A stretch of 46,391 nucleotides of DNA from Takakia lepidozioides. Its lineage: Eukaryota; Plantae; Bryophyta. Below, in pieces: positions 12,568 to 23,197 of the stretch (position 1 is the first letter of the stretch; every line of letters begins with the position of its first letter). The stretch is from assembly GCA_030704615.1 (NCBI GenBank), contig JAKLZA010000308.1, positions 1 to 46,391 on the forward strand, given 5' to 3'. A program made the position numbers and the translations under genes. The notes beneath the pieces are model-generated. The model had not been told where the DNA came from. It worked only from the letters and a program-made list of their open reading frames with translations, and ran no database searches.

Positions 12568-15500
12568 GCGCTTCGCTGTGGCTCAACCAATTGCGCATAG
12601 GCAGCAAGTAGATTATTGGCTTCTTTCGAAGCCTTGTTACTGACCGCGATTTCATTTCTATTGGCCACGATGGTTTGTTGCAACTCCACGATGTATTTCT
12701 CATTCTCAGCTTCCATCTGCCTGTATTGCTTGAAAGTATCTTCATTGCGACAGATTGTATTCTTCATATCGACAATGAGCTTCATGTGCTCCACATTCTC
12801 TTCTTCTGCCTTCGTACATTTTTCCGCTTGACTGTTTATTTCTTTTGTTGATTGGTCAAGCATAGTTGTAAATGTAGCGCATTGTATCTCCATCCTGTTA
12901 TGCACTGTCTGCAACTCCGTATGTAGTGCATTCAGTTCTTGCAACTTGCTTTCATGCTGCACCTGCATTTGGTATAGCTGTTGCTTATGTGCTTCGTGCA
13001 ACTGGTCTTGCGCGAGGCCTGCCTCAATCAATTGTTGCTTGGCCAATTGCAAAGCCATTTCTGTATTGGCCAAGTCCTGCTTCATCTTGAGAGTGACCTC
13101 TTCATCGACCTTGTTTGAACACTCAGTGGCAAGTCGAGCCTCAAACTCCTTCCTGAGTTCTTCTTTCAAGGCTGTCAATTGGGTAATTGGAACATGGGTT
13201 TTGACATAAGTCCCCAACAAATTAAGTGTCCTGCCTATGGAATTCATCAGCATTGCCTTTTGAGGGTCATCATGGTGAGGTTGCTGCTGTTCCTCCCGAT
13301 CTTCAACAGTATGATGTCTCACTAACCATTCAGACCATTGTCCCACCGGATTTTCTTCCTGAACTACTTCATTTATGACCGGTGCTACAGTGTCATGGCC
13401 TTCCGCCTGTGGTACCTCCGACACAGGTGTGTGCATTATATGTACCTCAGGATTTCTCTTGGGCAACTGTTGCACCTCTGGGATTTCTGTCTGCTTGACC
13501 AGACCAGAATATTCATAGAGAAGGTCCCCTTTCTCTATTTCCGCCACTATCTGTTCTGTAGTTGGAATATCTATCCCTTCACTTTCCAAATCTATTATTT
13601 CGGGTTGAGCTGCATGGATAACTTGTGACCTTGTGACAAGTCGTTCAAGTGGCTGTGTTGGTTGTGATGCAGAAGTAACTTCTTCCTCCCTCTCTGAAGG
13701 TCCTGCTTCCAGTAATAACATTTTTTTGTGCTGCTGTGCCCCTCCCTGGTCATGAGCTTGGGAAACATTATCATGCGGAATCCGTGAAGCCAGTGGATCC
13801 GCCACTACAGTCTTTCCCCTTCTCTGCCTCTTAGTCTCGGGTTGTGCTGCTAGTCCACCCTCACTGTGTGAAGAGCCTTGCTCTTCCATTGCAGTTGTTT
13901 CTGGCTCAAACACTCCCATTTCCTTCCTTTCTTGTGCATTAAGTATGCCAGAACTAAGGATTATTTGAGCAATGATTGGGCCAGACACTATGATAGGAGA
14001 TTTTGCGGTAGTACCTTGTAATCTTTTCATCTCCTCTACCAGTGCGTTGTACATTATGTCCGCCCATGGTACCTCTTGTCCCTTCAAGCCTTTGAGGATT
14101 TCCTCTGTGAAGGATCTGCTCAAATATTGTTGGTTCTGTTTCAGGGCAATCAGAACGTTCAATACTTGGCCTATGTCTTTTAACCCTGGGTACACAGCTT
14201 TGGTACAAGCATAACCCTGAGTTTTAAAGAAACTCCCTTCTTGGAATAAATCCCCTATTTGCAGTCTTTCTCTGTGTTCCTCCACATACACATGACCTTC
14301 TGGCAATCGAAACAATTGCTGGAGGTATAGGGGAGTAATCATTAATTCAACTCCCTTCACCGTTGTTGTTCCTGTCTTTGGCTCAAAGTTCTGCAAAAAT
14401 TGTAACATGTACTGTCTATGGTGTAGTGTCCAATCCATGCTTTGCAATCCTTCCAATCTCAGCTCCTTCAGTATCTTTATCGCCTGTGGGGTAGCCATCG
14501 TTTGTTTCTGCAGAATTGTGGTGCTCTTCACCCTGATTTCCTCCATTCCTCTCACTCTCTTCATCTTAGACTCACAGAACTGCTTTGGCTGTAACAACTG
14601 CAGGAATGCCTGTAGTGCACAAAGCAGAAACGTATGGTTGCCGCAGAAAGCTATGGGTAATCTCTTGTAAGCCTGCGGGGCTTGCAAGCATTGTTCAAGA
14701 GAAAAGCTCTGCTCTTTCGTTTCGTGTCTCTGCCATTGCGTAAGTAATATTGCGAGCGTATAGTCTGTTAGTTCCTCCATAGTTTCCAAGTTATAGCATT
14801 TATGGCCTGTCCTGTCGAGACGCCCGTTACTCAGAACGACGCCGCCTCTTGCGCTTAATTTCCCTCCATTTTCTTGATCATTTCTCTGGTTTTCTATTGG
14901 CTGTATCCGCTGTGACTGGATTTTAACTTTTATCTTCTTTAGTGGACTTTCCCTGTTGGATAGTCCACTAGGATCACACATGCGACATGAATTCAGTTTT
15001 TCTGTACTTGCCGTTCGTTCTGTTTCCCTTTTTCCGTATTCATTAATGGGCCCGCCTTTCATCCCTTTTGACGGCCGTTCTTGTCCTCTTTCTTTTTGAC
15101 ACCTGTCCTTGCACTTCATTTCCTCTGTGTCGCACCCTGACCTCCACGTGTCTATTTTTAAATTAATTTCCGTTTCTTCTTCCTTCAGCCATTTTCCTGA
15201 AGTTTTTATGTGTCCACTTGTCACTGATTCTATGGATCGTGTAACTTTAGTAGGCTGTGTTGAGCTGTGACAGGCTGTGTCATACTGTGTTACGCTGTGA
15301 TAGGCTGTGTTGCACTGTGGTAAGCTGTGATAGGCTGTGACACGCTGCGGTAGGTTGTGATAGGCTGTGTCACGTCGTGACGGGCTGTGATAGGCTGTGT
15401 CACGCCGTGCTGGGCTGTGATAGGCTGTGTCACGCCGTGATGGGCTGTGATAGGCTGTATGACGCCGTGATGGGCTGTGATAGGCTGTGTTGCGCCTTGC

Positions 15501-18353
15501 TGGGCTGTGATAGGCTGTGTCACGTTTGTTTTGCCCACCCCGGTCATATATACTGGGCCTAGCGACAAGTGTTCCATACTCTGTTCGTAACACTGGTGCA
15601 GCCCGTGACTGCTCTTGCGGTTCAACATGCAAATCATGCTGCAGGGGTTTGTCATGGATACCACTGTACCCCTTCAACTTATTTGCATTGACTCTTCCCA
15701 GCATTTCTTTGTTAATGGTTTGTAACATGGCTGTGTTGTTATCATACATCTTTTGTATGACATAAGGTCCTTTCCATGGTGATTTAAGCTTAGAAGCTTG
15801 AATCTTTCCTTTCTTCTGCAACCATAGAACCAAATCCCCCGTCTTAAAAGTCTTTAATTTGCCTTCATCAAACTGTTCCTTTCGCTTCATCTGAATTCTG
15901 GTCATATTATCCGCTGCATCAGCACGTACTTCTTCCACATGGTATAATTCATGTTTCCTGACCTTGATGGAGTCTTGCAATTCCATTCTTTTTCCCCACT
16001 CCGTTCTCATGGTAGGTAACAGGAATTCCACTGGAAGTAAGGCTTCCATACCATAAACTAATTGGAATGGTGTATACTTTGTGGTGACTTTATACGAAGT
16101 CCTGTATGACCATAAAGCTGTCAGCAGCTTTGTATCCCAATCCGTTCTGTTTGCATTGACTATCTTAGCCAAGATAGTACATAGTATTTTGTTGGTAGCC
16201 TCTGCCTGTCCATTACCCTGTGGGTAATATGTTGTACTCTTTCTATGCACAATCATAAACTCTTTAGTCAATAACTCAATGGTCTCATTCATGAAGTGAC
16301 TTCCTTGATCACTGATAAATTCTAAGGGACATCCAAATCGTGTAAGTATGTTCTCGTACAGGAACCTTGCTGTGGACTTGGCTGTGTTGTCCCTCAAAGC
16401 TTTAGCTTCCACCCACTTTGTAGTATAATCAGTGGCTGTAATTATGTACCTGTTTTGTGTATTCTTGGATGGTGGATTAATTGGTCCAACAAAGTCTAGT
16501 CCCCATTTCTGAAATGGTTCCGTAGGCATTGTAGGATGCAAGGCCATTCTTCCAGATCTCTGCAAAGGTCCTAGCCTCTGACATTCATCACACTTCTGAC
16601 AATACTCATGTACATCTTTGAACAAAGTAGGCCACCAGTATCCTGCGAGTAGTATCTTTCTACTGGTAGTCTCTTCTCCAAAATGACCTCCAGCCACTCC
16701 TTTATGAACTTCCTCCAAGACTTTATTTACTTCATGGTGGTACAAGCATCGTTTTAGTACTCCATCAGGTCCTAACTTATACATTCTGCTTCCTACCATA
16801 GTATAAGGTAAAGCTCTGATAGCAATTCTCTTCCTCTGCTCCTTACCATAACTAGGTGGGCACTGACCATGAGCAAGGTAGTATCTGATTGGCCACTGCC
16901 AATCTAACCATTCATCTGCACTTCCTTGCACCTCCATTACAAATAAACTCGCATCAGGTAACTGATCGTCCACTCCTGTGGCGGCCTCTCCTGTTGTTAG
17001 TCGTGACAAATGATCTGCCACAAGATGCAAACGGCCAGGCTTGTAAATAACCTCGAACTCAAACTCATGCAAGATTATTAACCACCTCGCTATCCTTCCA
17101 CTTATCAAAGGTTTGTTCACCAGATATATCAGAGCCTGGTGATCCACATAAAACATAAACTTTCTTCCCAATAGGTAATGCCTGAATTTCTTCACTGCAT
17201 AGATCATTGCCAATGCTTCTCTTTCCGTTGTGCTATAGTTCCTCTCAGCACTGTTCATCAACCGGCTAGCATAGTACACAGGTGAATCTATATTCCCTGT
17301 AACATTCTGGGCTAACACCGCTCCCAACGCTTCTCCTGATGCATCGCAGTGAACATGAAATACTACATGCCAGTGAGGGTTAATCAGCACAGGTGTAGTT
17401 GTTACTGACAGTGTAAGTTCCTCAAACGCCTGTTGACATTCAGCTGTCCATGCAAACACTGCATCTTTCTTCAGAAGCTTGCTCAATGGTGCTGCTATTT
17501 GTGCATACCTTTTGACAAATCTTCTGTAATAACTGGTTTGCCCAAGGAATCTCCTTAAACTCTTAACATTCACTGGTGGTGGAGAGGCTTTAATGGACTC
17601 TGTCTTCCTGGGATCCACAAGGAGTCCCTTCTTACACACAATGTGTCCCAGAAGCACCCCTGAGTTCACACAGAAAGTACACTTCTCTGGGTTCAAGCCC
17701 AGACCTCTCATCCTGCATCTGGCCAGGCATAACTCCAATTTATGCAAGTGCTCATTCTTAGAGCTGTACACACTGAAATCATCCAAAAACACCTGCATGA
17801 AATCATCCAGATACTCTTGAAAAGATTCACTTATCACTCTCTGAAAGGTCGCTGGTGCATTACAAAGTCCAAAGGGCATGACTTTGTATGCATAAGCCCC
17901 CCAGTCTGTGATGAAAGCTGTTTTCCCTTGGTCTTCTTCTGCCACTTGCACTTGATTATAACCACTGAAGCCATCCATGAATGAGTACATCTCATGGCCT
18001 GCCACAGTGTCTAATACTGCTTCTGTGAATGGCAAAGGGAAAGGATCTTTCTTCGTACAAGCATTCAGCTTCTTATAGTTCACACATACTCTTAGTTTGC
18101 CATTCTTCTTGGGAACTATAACAATGGGTGACAACCAAGTTGTATACTCTATTGGGTATATAAACTTAGCCTCAGCCAACTTCTTTATCTCTTCTCCAAC
18201 CTTCTGTGCGTAGTTGGGATTCATTCTATACCTCGCCTGCTTGATTGGTACTGACCCTGGTTCCAGTTCAATTTTATGCTGACAGACTTCAGGTGGTATC
18301 CCTTTTAGATCCTCATAGCTCCAAGCAAATACATCTCTGTATTTGATGAACAA
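12564..18353 (-). CDS. pol: Pol: reverse transcriptase, RNase H and integrase (HHCC, DDE, GPY/F) with a ~1000-aa in-frame C-terminal extension
   Basis: RT motifs SFMDGFSGYNQV, MPFGLCNAPATFQR, VFLDDF. RNase H motifs CDAS, ERNYSTTEREALA, DHQAL, ADHLSR. Integrase motifs H-H-CxxC, WGLDFVGP, FISDQG, GQAEATNK, WKGPY. Confidence 0.96.
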   Translation of the reverse strand: MFIKYRDVFAWSYEDLKGIPPEVCQHKIELEPGSVPIKQARYRMNPNYAQKVGEEIKKLAEAKFIYPIEYTTWLSPIVIVPKKNGKLRVCVNYKKLNACTKKDPFPLPFTEAVLDTVAGHEMYSFMDGFSGYNQVQVAEEDQGKTAFITDWGAYAYKVMPFGLCNAPATFQRVISESFQEYLDDFMQVFLDDFSVYSSKNEHLHKLELCLARCRMRGLGLNPEKCTFCVNSGVLLGHIVCKKGLLVDPRKTESIKASPPPVNVKSLRRFLGQTSYYRRFVKRYAQIAAPLSKLLKKDAVFAWTAECQQAFEELTLSVTTTPVLINPHWHVVFHVHCDASGEALGAVLAQNVTGNIDSPVYYASRLMNSAERNYSTTEREALAMIYAVKKFRHYLLGRKFMFYVDHQALIYLVNKPLISGRIARWLIILHEFEFEVIYKPGRLHLVADHLSRLTTGEAATGVDDQLPDASLFVMEVQGSADEWLDWQWPIRYYLAHGQCPPSYGKEQRKRIAIRALPYTMVGSRMYKLGPDGVLKRCLYHHEVNKVLEEVHKGVAGGHFGEETTSRKILLAGYWWPTLFKDVHEYCQKCDECQRLGPLQRSGRMALHPTMPTEPFQKWGLDFVGPINPPSKNTQNRYIITATDYTTKWVEAKALRDNTAKSTARFLYENILTRFGCPLEFISDQGSHFMNETIELLTKEFMIVHRKSTTYYPQGNGQAEATNKILCTILAKIVNANRTDWDTKLLTALWSYRTSYKVTTKYTPFQLVYGMEALLPVEFLLPTMRTEWGKRMELQDSIKVRKHELYHVEEVRADAADNMTRIQMKRKEQFDEGKLKTFKTGDLVLWLQKKGKIQASKLKSPWKGPYVIQKMYDNNTAMLQTINKEMLGRVNANKLKGYSGIHDKPLQHDLHVEPQEQSRAAPVLRTEYGTLVARPSIYDRGGQNKRDTAYHSPARRNTAYHSPSRRHTAYHSPSRRDTAYHSPARRDTAYHSPSRRDTAYHNLPQRVTAYHSLPQCNTAYHSVTQYDTACHSSTQPTKVTRSIESVTSGHIKTSGKWLKEEETEINLKIDTWRSGCDTEEMKCKDRCQKERGQERPSKGMKGGPINEYGKRETERTASTEKLNSCRMCDPSGLSNRESPLKKIKVKIQSQRIQPIENQRNDQENGGKLSARGGVVLSNGRLDRTGHKCYNLETMEELTDYTLAILLTQWQRHETKEQSFSLEQCLQAPQAYKRLPIAFCGNHTFLLCALQAFLQLLQPKQFCESKMKRVRGMEEIRVKSTTILQKQTMATPQAIKILKELRLEGLQSMDWTLHHRQYMLQFLQNFEPKTGTTTVKGVELMITPLYLQQLFRLPEGHVYVEEHRERLQIGDLFQEGSFFKTQGYACTKAVYPGLKDIGQVLNVLIALKQNQQYLSRSFTEEILKGLKGQEVPWADIMYNALVEEMKRLQGTTAKSPIIVSGPIIAQIILSSGILNAQERKEMGVFEPETTAMEEQGSSHSEGGLAAQPETKRQRRGKTVVADPLASRIPHDNVSQAHDQGGAQQHKKMLLLEAGPSEREEEVTSASQPTQPLERLVTRSQVIHAAQPEIIDLESEGIDIPTTEQIVAEIEKGDLLYEYSGLVKQTEIPEVQQLPKRNPEVHIMHTPVSEVPQAEGHDTVAPVINEVVQEENPVGQWSEWLVRHHTVEDREEQQQPHHDDPQKAMLMNSIGRTLNLLGTYVKTHVPITQLTALKEELRKEFEARLATECSNKVDEEVTLKMKQDLANTEMALQLAKQQLIEAGLAQDQLHEAHKQQLYQMQVQHESKLQELNALHTELQTVHNRMEIQCATFTTMLDQSTKEINSQAEKCTKAEEENVEHMKLIVDMKNTICRNEDTFKQYRQMEAENEKYIVELQQTIVANRNEIAVSNKASKEANNLLAAYAQLVEPQRSA
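15270..15525 (-). repeat. 30-bp coding minisatellite (TAYHSPxRRD-like decapeptide, ~8 copies) just after the integrase
   Basis: GCTGTGATAGGCTGTGTCACG-type units every 30 bp on the + strand. Confidence 0.9.
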
Positions 18354-21300
18354 GCTTTTGCTTCTTCGAAGAATTCCGGCTCCAAATCAGCTCCTACTTT
18401 CACCATCCTCGGTTCCTCCTGAGTTCCCACATTTACTTCTCTCACCTGCTCATCAGCTGTGATTGTCCAACCAGTCACCACTTCATCCTGTAAGCTCACA
18501 GTGGCTGGTTCTTCTAGGATTTCTATTTCTCCTCTCTTTCTTCATAGAAATGTGATGGGTAAATGCTGGTTTCTTCTTCAGTTGGTGTTGCTGTCACCAC
18601 ACCACAGCAGATACCTCTCAAACAACTTAGGCTTTCCAGCCGCATCTCTGCAACCTGCTCCCATTCTGGGTGTGCAGCAAATAGGGTAGCTTCCTGCTCC
18701 TCATCCAGTCCTCCCTTCCAGTCATACTCTCTGACTCCTCGAGGTCTTCTTGTAGCAGGTAATCTACTAGATTTCTTTGTGGTAATTTGTATCTCGTGCA
18801 TCCCATTATGCACAGTTAGTAACTGAGAATTCCAGTCATGGAATACCCTTGGCCTGTTTCAGCCACGGACGTCCCAATAATAAGGAGTAAGCCTCCATGA
18901 CTTCATCCATTTTTAATACAGTTACTGTGATCATAAAGATCATTTTCTGTATCTGTATCTTAACTCCTCTTATTAATCCCAATGGCTGTACACTTCTTTG
19001 ATCTGCCATTGTTACTGTAAATGGGGCTGGTTTCATGTTACTTAGACCAAGCTTCTTCCTTAATTGGTCTGTCATGATATTTACTCCAGAACCACCATCT
19101 ATCAGTACATCAGTTAGTTCTGTGCTTCCAATTCTCAATTGGATTACTGGCATAGAATCATCAAAGTCCATGACTGGTTCTCGCCCTTCCGGCTTCACAT
19201 TATAACTGGTCACCTTGCTGTTCAGGTCTGTGTTTCCTGTCTCTTGGGCAATTCGATTGATTGCCTGATACAGCCTGTGCCTACAATAAGGTGCCACAGC
19301 TAATAGCTGTCCAATGGTAATTTCTGCTTTGGTCTGACATATTACTTCAGCCAAAGTCTCTTCATTACTTTGCATGTCTGCATCTTCTTTTTTCCTTTCT
19401 TCCTCACTCCCCTCTTTTTCTCCATCCGAATCAGAGGAATCTGCCACAGGAATATCCGTACTCTTTTGCATTTCCCTTATAGTATCTGCCACTTCCTTGT
19501 GCAGTTCCTTCTCATCCTTCCAAGTCTCTTCATCTTCAGGCATATCATTGCCACTTCCAGTCTCATCTTCTTCCTCTTCTACTGGAGGTATTAGTTTGGC
19601 TTTACTTCTTGTTACTATCATTGTACTTACTTCTGGTACAACACATGGCCTAACCATGTGAGCTGCCACCACTGGGCCCTCATTCACAGGAGCTCTCATC
19701 TCATTCTGGTGTCTTATCCAGAATGAACAGGCTGCCTTGCGATGTCCTGGCTGATTACAATAGTAACATAGCTCTTCACCATTGGGTCCTCGCCCTTGGT
19801 CTGGTCTTGGATTATTTCTATAATCCTGATTCCCGGGCTGGTAATTCCCCCTTGGATTACCCTGATAGTTGCCTCTGGAATTTCCTTGGTAATTCCCTCT
19901 TGAATTACCTCTCCTTCCATGCCATTGTTATAACCACCAGACCTACCATAGTGGTCCTGATCATTGCTTCTTCTTGGCTGGGGCTGCACCTGATGCACCC
20001 TCACTTGCCTAGGTTCTCTTGCAGCTGTCCTTCTGTTGTAGTAACAATTCTCAGTAGAATGGTTATCCATTTTACAGATAGTACAGTGTTTCTCCTTCAT
20101 GTGGCATTCTGTAGTGGTATGGCCTTCATTCTGGCACTTTGCACACCATACACCCTTCCTCCAATGTGTTGCAGCCTCTGTGGCATACTTCTTCAAGATT
20201 TCTTCCAATCTTTTCTCATAGTTATCCCTCTTCAACTTTTCCTTTCTCTTACTCTTTCTTTTTAGTTCTTGCTCTTCTTCTTCATCTGACTCATCTTCAG
20301 AGTCCTCATCTTCCTTTTTCTCTCTCCTGAGCATTCCCAATTGCTCAATTCTGTTTGCAGTTTCAAATGCCTCCTCCACTGTATTATGGGGTAACATATC
20401 CACTTTCTTCTACAACTCTGGTCTTAGTCCACTCACAAACCAAGTCTTCTGTAAACCGGGTGCTGGTACTGCAGCCAGCTTTTTCATCATCAATTCCATC
20501 TTCTCCATATACTCTTCAACAGTTTCATGCTTCTTCTGCTTCAGCTGTTGTAAACTTCCATACACTTCATCCTCAGTTTTACTTGTCCTGAACCTATTTC
20601 GAAATGCTGTATTCAAGCCATTCCAGGTTAGGAAATGATTATCAGGGAATCTTGCATACCATTCACTTGCTTTCTTGATAAGTGAACAAGGAAACAGTCT
20701 CATCTTGGCATCATCGCCATTCTCATTGTTCACTATACACATGTGCTCAAATTGGCTAATGTGTACATCGGGATCCCCTTTTCCTGAATATATTGGAAAG
20801 GGTGGTTTTGCCCGTGTTGGTTGTAACGCCATCTGTGGCCCTACCTTCTGCCCACTGACAGGTGCTGGCACCCTTGCTGGTGCTGGTCCTTCTGGACCTG
20901 TTGTTTTTGTGGTGGATCTTCCACCAAGTGGTGGCCCTTGAGCACTCCCTGCTTCTGGCCCCACGATATTCACAGTATTCCCAGCTTCAGTTGCACTACT
21001 TCCCACACTCCCTGTCCCCCCAGAGCCAGATCCAGGCAGCCCGCCTGATCCCCCTGAGCCGACACCTTCGTTGGCCTGTGATCCAAGTGCTCCACTTGAT
21101 CCAGGTCCAACGGGTTGGGATGTCCTGGTTGTAGTCTCAACCTCAGCTGTTGGGTCTACTTCTTCATATTCTTCCTCTTCCAATTTCTTCTCTCTGTTTT
21201 CATCCTCCAAGTTCTGCCCTTGGGTTTCTTCTTCACTCATGTAACTCAACTGTAATGGTGTTGGAGAGTCTGAACTCTCCGTTGGCTCTGCCACATCCTC

Positions 21301-21662
21301 ATCTCCTTCTTCATCTTCTGCTTCAGAACTGGAGTTCCTGCTTTTGGTGTTCCATGCCAACTCTTATCAAAGATTTCTGTCAAGTCTTTTATCCAAGGAT
21401 GTACCTCAGATCTTTCACCTCGTGATTGATCTTCTTCCTGTACCAATTCCCTTAATCTTTCTTGCAAAGAAACAGAAGGAGTGGCATCCAACTCTAGTTC
21501 TTCCGGTATAGGTGATGCACTTTTTGATCTTGATGGTGTGAGAGGTCCAGATGATTCCCCTATGTCTATTCCTCTCTCCCAAAGATATGGATAATTAGCT
21601 TTCAGATAGCTTTCTCTTTTTGATGAATATCTCTGTCGTCTAGCTTCTCTTTCATCACTCAT
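18354..21662 (-). pseudogene. gag: Disrupted gag-protease region (capsid-like domain, three CCHC zinc knuckles, aspartic protease)
   Basis: Capsid-like segment YSGKGDPDVHISQFE...KMRLFPCSL...LQQLKQKKHETVEEY. Knuckles CAKCQNEGHTTTEC, CTICKMDNHSTENC, CYYCNQPGHRKAAC. Protease motif LIDGGSGVNIM. In-frame TAG at 20412-20410 and frameshifts near 21360, 19925, 18840, 18525 and 18355. Confidence 0.88.
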
Positions 21663-21683
21663 GTCCCATGTCTTTCATTTCTT

Positions 21684-22379
21684 TTAATGTGGCAATAACC
21701 AAAACTCTCTTCTGTAATATCTCTCGTATATGCCTGGATTTCTTTCAAGCTTCAATGCACCCTTGGCTATACTTGAAGTCTCCGTTACCATATAACCATA
21801 TGGCAAACAAGTCTGAAAAGCTGTTCTTGGTGTGAGTTTGATCCACAAAATATCCTTTGGAATCCAATTCTTTACCAGTACAAGCTCTTCATGCATATGA
21901 GTATAAACATTCACCTTTCTTTCTTCCCAACCTTCAAACTCTACTCGTTTAATGGATAGCAACGCTATCACATAAACTAATGTTGGTAACCAACGTGCTC
22001 TTCCTCTACAGGCTACCTGATAAATCTTTATCACTCCTTTCTCCAGACCCCATTCTGGATCAGCATCATGCACTCGTTTAAGAATATTTTCTTTACATCC
22101 GTCTGGCAATTCCAAGAACCTTTGAAAGAATTGTTTGGACAATCTTTCTTCCTTCGTTCCACAGGGAATTTGATTCACTTCAAACTCTTTAATGGTCCAA
22201 CCACCATGATCCCACCAGATGCCTGTCACATCTGGTTGTTCATGTCCCAGGTCCCCAGTATGGTCGCCAAATGTCGCGCGGCTTTTACTCACCCATCCCT
22301 TCGCTATCCGAGGCGGAAACTCCAAGATAGAAGAGTTGGAAATCTCTAAGTACTCAGCCCGCGCAGAACAATCAGTCAT
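21684..22379 (-). CDS. Extra ORF upstream of gag (231 aa), unknown function
   Basis: Open sense frame starting at an ATG inside the 5' LTR, crossing the PBS and ending 22 bp before the gag-region ATG. Composition looks globular. Confidence 0.5.
   Translation of the reverse strand: MTDCSARAEYLEISNSSILEFPPRIAKGWVSKSRATFGDHTGDLGHEQPDVTGIWWDHGGWTIKEFEVNQIPCGTKEERLSKQFFQRFLELPDGCKENILKRVHDADPEWGLEKGVIKIYQVACRGRARWLPTLVYVIALLSIKRVEFEGWEERKVNVYTHMHEELVLVKNWIPKDILWIKLTPRTAFQTCLPYGYMVTETSSIAKGALKLERNPGIYERYYRREFWLLPH
22252..22269 (-). other. Primer binding site TGGCGACCATACTGGGGA (probably tRNA-Arg type)
   Basis: Begins with TGG 2 nt downstream of the 5' LTR end. Resembles the TGGCGAC...CTGGGGA Arg-type PBS of plant non-chromoviruses. 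tRNA identity is inferred. Confidence 0.85.
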
Positions 22380-23197
22380 GACCTACAGCTAGTGTATCAT
22401 GGGGGTGTTTCCTATTTGTTTCCTTTTCCGCATTCATCTTAGCTACCTTACCATTGATAATTAAGTATCAGTTTGCTTCATCAATTTATCGGTTTCCTTA
22501 ACTCCTCCATTCAATCCACAGCTTCACTCAGATCTCTCTACACAGTGTGATTGTATCGTATAAGTATCAGATTATGATTTATCAGGTATCAGGCCGAAGC
22601 CATTATGTCTCTAATCTGCTCTACAATATCACTCTAGCTTTGCATATGACAAGCATCTACTAATCCTCTTTTCTCCTTCATCGTGCTCTCCGATCTCCGC
22701 TCCCGCCTGTCTCCGAAGTCCTCCCCGAATAATGAACCCCTTCATATTCCCCGTTCTTCCCTTTATCCTCCTATCCGCGGTTCTAACCGTTTCCCTCTCT
22801 AACCGTCGTATGTGAACTAACATGTTCCCTTCACTGGTGTTGTTCCCCACAGTCGTTCCCTGTCCTACTCTTCGTTCCCTATTATCGTGACAGCTGTGTC
22901 AAGCGGTGACTGGCTGTGTGGGCTGTGTCTGCTGTGACGACTGTGACGGGCTGTGTGGGCTGTGTGGGCTGTGACGACTGTGACGGGCTGTGTTGGCTGT
23001 GTGGGCTGTGACGGCTGTGTCGGCTGTGTGGGCTGTGACGACTGTGACGGGCTGTGTTGGCTGTGTGGGCTATGTAACCCCCCTCTACAGTGCGCTGCTG
23101 TCACCCCTAAGGTTCCTGTTTGTCTCAGTCTGTGCAAAAATTAAGGGTACCCTACAGATCCCGTATAAGTGTCTAAGTCCCCTACAGTCCTCTAACA
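22272..23197 (-). repeat. 5' LTR (926 bp)
   Basis: Direct repeat of 9991-10974, followed by the PBS on the - strand. Confidence 0.95.

Larger units (their letters stand above)
9991..23197 (-). mobile_element. Full-length Ty3/gypsy LTR retrotransposon (non-chromovirus type), 13.2 kb
   Basis: Two LTRs with TG...CA ends. 5-bp TSD CATAC (9986-9990 and 23198-23202); the empty site CAGCCATACCGGCTG is seen in other monomers. PBS and PPT present. Domain order gag-PR-RT-RH-INT. Confidence 0.97.
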
